Part shown: positions 58,154-64,000 of the stretch, one piece after another
Numbering within the stretch: the first letter of the stretch is position 1
Layout: each line of letters starts with the position of its first letter
NCBI GenBank assembly: GCA_051252375.1
Contig: JBPOFY010000009.1
Coordinates: forward strand, 69,028 to 133,027
DNA: 64,000 bases
From: Opitutaceae bacterium
Lineage (GTDB): Bacteria > Verrucomicrobiota > Verrucomicrobiia > Opitutales > Coraliomargaritaceae
Direction: 5' to 3'
The notes under the pieces: model-generated
What the model was told of the DNA's origin: nothing
What the model saw: only the letters and a program-made list of their open reading frames with translations
The model's database searches: none
Translations under genes and position numbers: made by a program

Positions 58154-59737
58154 ATGAAACATATCCTAAAAACAATTTCACTTGCGACGTGCATCGTTAG
58201 TGCGCTCTCATGCACCGCATATTCTGCTGAACTGTCTTCGTCAAAGGATTTTGCCAGGGCGGGAAAGCCCAATGTCGTGCTTATATTCGCCGATGACCTG
58301 GGCTATGGTGACTTGGGTTGCTATGGCGCGACCAAGCTGAAGACGCCGAATATCGATCAGCTCGCTGCAGATGGGCGACGCTTTACCGATGCGCACTCGG
58401 CGTCTGCAGTATGCACGCCTTCGCGCTATGCGCTACTGACTGGTGACTATCCGCATCGGATCGGTTCGAGCCGCCCTGTCTTCCTGAAAAGTGGTTTGAT
58501 CGTTGATACGGAAAAACAGACCTTAGCTGATGTAATGAAAGGCGCAGGCTATGCCACTGCTTGTATCGGGAAATGGCATCTTGGCTTTGGCGAGAAGACC
58601 CCCGATTGGAACGGAGACCTCAAGCCCGGACCGCTCGAAGTCGGTTTTGATTATTACTACGGCGTGCCGACGGTGAATAGCCACCCGCCATTCGTGTATG
58701 TCGAAAATCACCGTGTAGTGGGGCTCTTGCCTGATGATCCTTTCGTGTATGGCAAACAGGCGAAGACTCAACAGATTCATGAGAAGATGACGCGCGGCGA
58801 GATCGGTGGCGCGGATGCCGCCCATGCACTTTACGACGACTATCAGGTGGGCACCCATCTCACTGAAAAAGCAGTGGGATGGATTAAACAACAAAAGAAG
58901 GATCCGTTCTTTCTCTACTTGGCGACCACTAACATTCATCACCCGTTCACGCCAGCTCCCCGTTTCCAGGGAACCAGTGAGTGCGGTCCCTATGGTGACT
59001 TTGTGCACGAACTCGATTGGATCGTCGGCGAGATCGTGAAGGCGCTCGAAGCGCAAGGTGTGGCGGACAATACGCTGATCATTTTCACCAGCGACAATGG
59101 TGGCATGTTCAATGAAACGGGGCAGGATGCATGGGATGCAGGGCATCACCTAAACGGAGAATTGCTCGGCTTTAAGTTTGGCGCATGGGAAGGTGGGCAC
59201 CGCGTGCCGTTCATCGCCAAGTGGCCTGCGCAGATCAAGGCAGGGACGGTGTCCTCGCAGCTGATTTGTAACGTCGACATGGTCGCGACAATGTCGGCCC
59301 TAACAGGTGTGGATATTCAGGACGGTCAGGCGATTGATAGTGTGGATGTGCTGCCCGCGCTCACAGGAAATGGGGCAGAAGCTGTCCGTGACCACCTTGT
59401 TCTGGCTCCGAGCCGACCGAGTCATCTGTCACTCCGCAAGGGCAAATGGATGTATATCAGCGCCCAAGGTAGTGGCGGTTTTGGTGGTAAAAAACGGGGG
59501 AGTCACAGCTTTGCCGGCCCTGCTGGAATTACCTATGCGGGATACACGAACAGCGATATTGAAAATGGGAAAATCAAGAAGGATTCGCCACCGGCACAGT
59601 TATACGATTTAGACAACGACCTGCAACAGACGACTAATCTGTATAACGACTACCCCGAAGTAGTGGAGGAAATGAAGGCACTACTGAAGACCTATCAATC
59701 TGCGCCGAAGATGAAAAAGAAAGTAAAAAACCAATGA
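58154..59737 (+). CDS. Arylsulfatase-like sulfatase (S1)
   Basis: DDLGYGD, CTPSR, GKWH, SDNGG and EGGHRVP motifs. Start at MKHILK (alternative 58121). Confidence 0.93.
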   Translation: MKHILKTISLATCIVSALSCTAYSAELSSSKDFARAGKPNVVLIFADDLGYGDLGCYGATKLKTPNIDQLAADGRRFTDAHSASAVCTPSRYALLTGDYPHRIGSSRPVFLKSGLIVDTEKQTLADVMKGAGYATACIGKWHLGFGEKTPDWNGDLKPGPLEVGFDYYYGVPTVNSHPPFVYVENHRVVGLLPDDPFVYGKQAKTQQIHEKMTRGEIGGADAAHALYDDYQVGTHLTEKAVGWIKQQKKDPFFLYLATTNIHHPFTPAPRFQGTSECGPYGDFVHELDWIVGEIVKALEAQGVADNTLIIFTSDNGGMFNETGQDAWDAGHHLNGELLGFKFGAWEGGHRVPFIAKWPAQIKAGTVSSQLICNVDMVATMSALTGVDIQDGQAIDSVDVLPALTGNGAEAVRDHLVLAPSRPSHLSLRKGKWMYISAQGSGGFGGKKRGSHSFAGPAGITYAGYTNSDIENGKIKKDSPPAQLYDLDNDLQQTTNLYNDYPEVVEEMKALLKTYQSAPKMKKKVKNQ

Positions 59738-61155
59738 GGATATTTCTAAGAACGATCGCTCTGTTGTGTGCGACAATGCACTTGCCGCTTTCTGCTGCAG
59801 ACAAGCCACTTCGACAAGCTCAGGACAAGCCGAACGTCATCGTCATTATGGTCGATGATATGGGCTATGGCGGAGTCAGCTGTTTTGATAACCAGAATTT
59901 TACAACGCCAGAGATCGACCAGCTCTGCGCGGATGGCGTTAAGCTAACTGATTTTCATAGCAACGGTGCAGTCTGTTCGCCTACACGAGCGGCTTTGATG
60001 ACCGGCCGCTATCAGCAGCGCTCGGGCTGTGATGAAGTGGTGAACGCCGACCCCAGAGTCGCGATGCATCATATCGGCATTCACGACAGCGAGTGGACAT
60101 TCGCTGAAGCGATGAAGTCTTCCGGATATGCCACTGGTATCTTGGGTAAATGGCATCTTGGTTATAAGCCGGAGTATCATCCTATGAATCATGGCTTCGA
60201 TGAGTTCAATGGCTTCATTAGCGGTAACATCGATGCGCATTCCCATATGGATCGGATGAATGTGCAAGATTGGTGGCAGGGGGAGGAGCTCAAGGATGAA
60301 CCGGGCTACCATACAGATTTGATCAACAAGCATGCTGTCGATTTTATCGAGCGGCATAAGTCTGAGCCGTTCTTCTTATACGTCGCGCACGGCACTCCGC
60401 ATTCTCCGCACCAGGCACGAGCCTCGAAAATCCAACGCGGCCCGGAGAAGGGGCAGCTTCCTGCTTGGGCTCCGGAGGAGACCTATAGCAATGATCGTAA
60501 GAGTGAAGATTGGTTGATACGACATTTCATCTTGCCAGTTGATGAAGGCGTCGGGCAGATACGAGCCAAACTTGAGGAGCTTGGTATCGCGGACAACACG
60601 ATCATTTGGTTTGTTTCGGACAATGGCGGAACTGGAGGGAATCGCACTACCAGTCCGCTGACTAAGGGCAACAAAAGCCAGTTTTACGAAGGTGGGCACC
60701 GAGTTCCGGGTATCGTTTGGGCTCCTGGGCGTGTGAAGTCCGGTTCGGTTTCGGATGAATTGATGCTGACTTTTGATATAATGCCGACCTCGATGGACAT
60801 GTCAGGGATTGAGGCACCGGAGGGACTTATGCTGGACGGCGTTAATGTATCTGCTGCTATATTCAAGGGTGAAGAACTTCCACATAAGATTCGTTTTTGG
60901 AATATGGGTAATCGCGGTGCTTTGCGCGATGGTGACTGGAAGATCGTGGTGTCTAACTCCAAAAGCGAGTTGTTCAATCTCGAGGTAGATCCCAAGGAGA
61001 AGAAAAACATCGCAGAGCAATACCCCGAACGGGTCACTGAGATGCGCAGGGTTTACGACGCTATGCTGAAGGAAACGCTGGCCGATTCGCCGTATACAAA
61101 ATCTGAGAAACCCAATGTCAAAGAGCCCAAAGCCGCGAAGAAGAAACAAAAATAG
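59734..61155 (+). CDS. Sulfatase (S1)
   Basis: DDMGYG, CSPTR, GKWH, PHSP, SDNGG, EGGHRVP and DIMPT motifs. ATGA overlap with the previous gene. Confidence 0.93.
   Translation: MRIFLRTIALLCATMHLPLSAADKPLRQAQDKPNVIVIMVDDMGYGGVSCFDNQNFTTPEIDQLCADGVKLTDFHSNGAVCSPTRAALMTGRYQQRSGCDEVVNADPRVAMHHIGIHDSEWTFAEAMKSSGYATGILGKWHLGYKPEYHPMNHGFDEFNGFISGNIDAHSHMDRMNVQDWWQGEELKDEPGYHTDLINKHAVDFIERHKSEPFFLYVAHGTPHSPHQARASKIQRGPEKGQLPAWAPEETYSNDRKSEDWLIRHFILPVDEGVGQIRAKLEELGIADNTIIWFVSDNGGTGGNRTTSPLTKGNKSQFYEGGHRVPGIVWAPGRVKSGSVSDELMLTFDIMPTSMDMSGIEAPEGLMLDGVNVSAAIFKGEELPHKIRFWNMGNRGALRDGDWKIVVSNSKSELFNLEVDPKEKKNIAEQYPERVTEMRRVYDAMLKETLADSPYTKSEKPNVKEPKAAKKKQK
59800..59831. repeat. Short in-frame insert bounded by an 8 bp direct repeat
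   Basis: GACAAGCC-ACTTCGACAAGCTCAG-GACAAGCC, encoding DKP-LRQAQ-DKP. Confidence 0.65.
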
Positions 61156-61190
61156 AAAACAGAGCCCATTCAACAAATTAGATTAAATAG

Positions 61191-63194
61191 ATGAAACGAA
61201 CACTGATAACTACAATCTGCGCACTTACCGCACTCTGTTCTGCCTTAAATGCGGCAGAAGTTTTACGCTCTCCCGACGGGAACATCGAAGTCACTTTCCA
61301 CGCGGCAGACGGTAAGCTCAGCTATGCTGTCCAATTCAATGGAGACGAGATCATCAGCCCGTCCAGTCTGGGGCTGAAAGCGAAGGCAGACGACACACTT
61401 GAAGTGCTTAAAACATCTCGCTCTACATTCGACGAAACATGGGAGACCGTCTGGGGGAATTTCAGCGAAATCCGAAACCACTATAACGAAATTCAACTAA
61501 AGCTTGGCGAGGTCGCCGAGCAGACGGTGATCTTCCGGGTGTATGATGACGGCATCGCTTTTCGCTATGAGATTCCAGCAGAGCGCAAGTTTGATGAAGC
61601 GTATCAGCACGAGGCTACGCAGATAAACTTTGTATCCGAGGAACCGAAAGCTTGGTTCCCTTTATCTCAGGTTCTCGTTTCGGATGAGACGGACCTGAAC
61701 ACATGGGAGCCTGCTAAAAAGGGGCAAAAGCCGAGCAAGAACGCACGGTATGATTATAAGCCATCTGTCATCCGCACGCCGCTGACTTTAAAATTAGCAG
61801 ATGACGCTTACATCGTGGTGCATGAGGCATCGGTTGTTCAGTCGAGTGTTGCGGATGTCCAGCTTAACGATCGCACGCTGACCTATAACAGTCAGATGAA
61901 TGGTGCCGGTGGGTGGATCACACCTTGGCGGACGGTTAATATCGCAGCACGTCCTGCGGACTTGATCGAGTCTTCAATGATTCTGAATGTGAATGAGTCC
62001 AATAAGCTTAAAGATACATCATGGATCAAACCTGGTGTGACGATGTGGGATTGGCGTGCTCACGGAGCACATGCGGATGATGGATTCGAATACGGCATTA
62101 ATACAGAGAGCTACATTCGCTTCATCGACTTTGCTGCTGAGGCAGGGATTGAGTATCTGATGATCGATGCGGAATGGTATGGTCCGGAGAGGGACAAGGA
62201 ATCCGATCCCAAAACTGCGATCCCTGAGGTCGACATCGAAAAAATCTGCTCGTATGCGAAAAGTAAAGGCGTCGGCATGTGGCTCTACATTAATACCAAG
62301 GCTCTGCAGGCCTTTGATGTCGATGCGACCCTTAAGCAGTATAAGGACTGGGGTGTCGTTGGAATTAAGCAGGGCTTTAGTGCTTCTGAGCATCGCAGTG
62401 CGGTTGAGCACGATATGGGAATTATTAAGAAATGTGCAGAATACGGAATTATGATCGTCAGGCATGAATCTGCTAAGCCGACAGGTATAAACCGTCCGTA
62501 TCCAAACATGCTATCGTATGAATACGTGAATAGTATGCTGGACTCCAGTCAACGTCCTGCCGCGACGCCGAGTCGAGTGATCAATAATCTTTTCGTGTTT
62601 GGTCTTGCGGGTCCGGTGGATCGCAGTTGTGGAATGTTTGACCTCGACTCGTTCATTATACGTGAAAAATGCCACCGTCAGTTGCCCACTACTGTCGTTT
62701 CTCAGGTCGCACAATGTATGTTGTTTCCGAGCGGCCTAGTTACTTTGCCGGATATTCCTGATGCGTATCGCCGCAAGGCGGACCTCTTCGAGTTCATTGC
62801 GCAGCTGCCGATGGACTGGGATCAAACGATCGCTCTCGAGGCAGAGATGGGGAAATACATCACACTCGCTCGCCAAGCTGGCGATGAGTGGTTCGTCGCG
62901 GCATTGGCAGATGAAGCGGGCCGCACGACTAATGTCTCTTTGGACTTCCTCGAAGAAGGTGTGACTTACGATGTAACGCTTTACGAAGACGCGCCGAATG
63001 CTCACTACGAGTTCATCGGACCAATGAATAAGCGCGAAGCGAGGGCTCAGAAAACCCAGTTGAAGGCACAAGAGACTCGCCGCGAACTGTATCAGGTCAA
63101 AAAGATCACTGCTAAGAAGGGCGACGGCATTCCTGTTGTCATTGCTCCAGGAGGCGGGCACTGTATGTGGATACGTCCGCAGTCGGCGAACTGA
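61191..63194 (+). CDS. GH97-family glycoside hydrolase
   Basis: SPDGNIEV, IRNHYNE, FRVYDDGIAFRY, TPWR, SWIKPG, KPTGINRPYPN and WDQT motifs. Confidence 0.9.
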   Translation: MKRTLITTICALTALCSALNAAEVLRSPDGNIEVTFHAADGKLSYAVQFNGDEIISPSSLGLKAKADDTLEVLKTSRSTFDETWETVWGNFSEIRNHYNEIQLKLGEVAEQTVIFRVYDDGIAFRYEIPAERKFDEAYQHEATQINFVSEEPKAWFPLSQVLVSDETDLNTWEPAKKGQKPSKNARYDYKPSVIRTPLTLKLADDAYIVVHEASVVQSSVADVQLNDRTLTYNSQMNGAGGWITPWRTVNIAARPADLIESSMILNVNESNKLKDTSWIKPGVTMWDWRAHGAHADDGFEYGINTESYIRFIDFAAEAGIEYLMIDAEWYGPERDKESDPKTAIPEVDIEKICSYAKSKGVGMWLYINTKALQAFDVDATLKQYKDWGVVGIKQGFSASEHRSAVEHDMGIIKKCAEYGIMIVRHESAKPTGINRPYPNMLSYEYVNSMLDSSQRPAATPSRVINNLFVFGLAGPVDRSCGMFDLDSFIIREKCHRQLPTTVVSQVAQCMLFPSGLVTLPDIPDAYRRKADLFEFIAQLPMDWDQTIALEAEMGKYITLARQAGDEWFVAALADEAGRTTNVSLDFLEEGVTYDVTLYEDAPNAHYEFIGPMNKREARAQKTQLKAQETRRELYQVKKITAKKGDGIPVVIAPGGGHCMWIRPQSAN

Positions 63195-63248
63195 TTTTAA
63201 TTGTGCATGGTGAATTATCTCCATCAAAACTCTAAATAAGAAAATAGT

Positions 63249-64000
63249 ATGAATGTTATAAAACGTATTTTATGTGCAGGTCTCTGCTTATCAGCATTAG
63301 CTGGATGTTTGCCTGCAAAGGAGAACTCTACTTTGATCGGAGATAAGCCCGGCAAGGCTCTGCGTCTCTGGTATGACGAGCCCGCACCTGATAGTGACTT
63401 CGGCTGGGCCAACGCTTCGATCCCAATGGGCAATGGCTACATGGGCGTCAATATTTTCGGCGGCACTGCCACCGACCGCATCCAGATCACTGAAAATAGC
63501 CTCTATGATTGGGCGGACAAGAATAGTGGATTGAAACGGCGTGGCGTGAACAACTTTGCCGAGGTTTACATTGATTTTGAGCATGATCAGGCAAGCAATT
63601 ACGTGCGGGACTTGGACTTAAATGAAGGTGTCTCTTCGGTGAAATATGAGTTGGGTGGGGTGTCTTATTTGCGGGAATATTTCACTAGTTATCCCGACAA
63701 GGTGATGGTCGTTCGCTTGAATGCTTCGGAGTCGGGCAAGCTTTCATTCACACTACGTCCGACGATCCCATTCATAGGCGAAGGCAAGACTGGCTCAGTT
63801 TCGGCAGAAGGTGATACCGTCACGCTCTCTGGTGCCATGACTTACTACGACATCAAGTTTGAGGGGCAGTTTAAGGTCATCCCGCAGGGTGGAAAAATTG
63901 AAGCATCCAAGGGCACGATCACAGTTTCGGATGCCGACAGTGCCTTGATTCTCATCGCAGTTGGCACCAACTATCAATTTGACCCTCAGGTTATCTTGAC
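63249..64000 (+). CDS. GH95 alpha-L-fucosidase-like lipoprotein, 3'-truncated by the window edge (not in the ORF track)
   Basis: My translation from the ATG at 63249: MNVIKRILCAGLCLSALAGC...LRLWYDEPA..WANASIPMGNGYMGVNIFGG..DRIQITENSL..NYVRDLDL..REYFTSYPDKV. Confidence 0.88.
   Translation, partial: MNVIKRILCAGLCLSALAGCLPAKENSTLIGDKPGKALRLWYDEPAPDSDFGWANASIPMGNGYMGVNIFGGTATDRIQITENSLYDWADKNSGLKRRGVNNFAEVYIDFEHDQASNYVRDLDLNEGVSSVKYELGGVSYLREYFTSYPDKVMVVRLNASESGKLSFTLRPTIPFIGEGKTGSVSAEGDTVTLSGAMTYYDIKFEGQFKVIPQGGKIEASKGTITVSDADSALILIAVGTNYQFDPQVIL

Noticed and set aside
744..63977. Numerous 60-250 aa ORFs overlapping or antisense to the long genes (e.g. 13622..14374, 38068..38673, 58523..59149)
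   Set aside because: They lie within well-supported CDSs and show no motifs; these are shadow ORFs.
1..64000. tRNA, rRNA, integrase, transposase or defence genes
   Set aside because: None recognised; intergenic gaps are short and lack such signatures by eye.

Overview
A 64 kb, gene-dense window, most likely from a marine Verrucomicrobiota (Opitutia/Puniceicoccaceae-like; inferred from the Verru_Chthon-type pilin, FecR-LamG fusions and the sulfatase/fucosidase load). Most of it is a sulfated, fucose-rich polysaccharide degradation region: 5 S1 sulfatases (one internally deleted, one cut by the left edge), 2 GH29, 2 GH95 (one cut by the right edge), GH28, GH97, GH115-like, GH116, an esterase-NPCBM fusion, a Tat FAD oxidoreductase and a PhoD-like enzyme. 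Four non-CAZyme modules sit within it: (1) ECF sigma, a mosaic anti-sigma/vWA protein with pilin-like and secretin-N-like segments, and a 2310 aa repeat membrane protein, punctuated by GTAG REP doublets; (2) a discoidin-sensor kinase/NarL-type regulator pair with a candidate operator TCGCG-N6-CGCGA before up to five transcription units, including an orphan giant PilX-like pilin cassette; (3) an ECF/FecR-LamG pair with a candidate promoter TGTGTYA-N15/16-ACAAT in three copies; (4) an AT-richer reverse-strand kinase/YfiR/TonB-receptor cassette lying between an oxidoreductase gene and a decayed copy of part of it. I found no rRNA, tRNA, CRISPR or transposase. All family calls come from reading motifs by eye, not from database searches.
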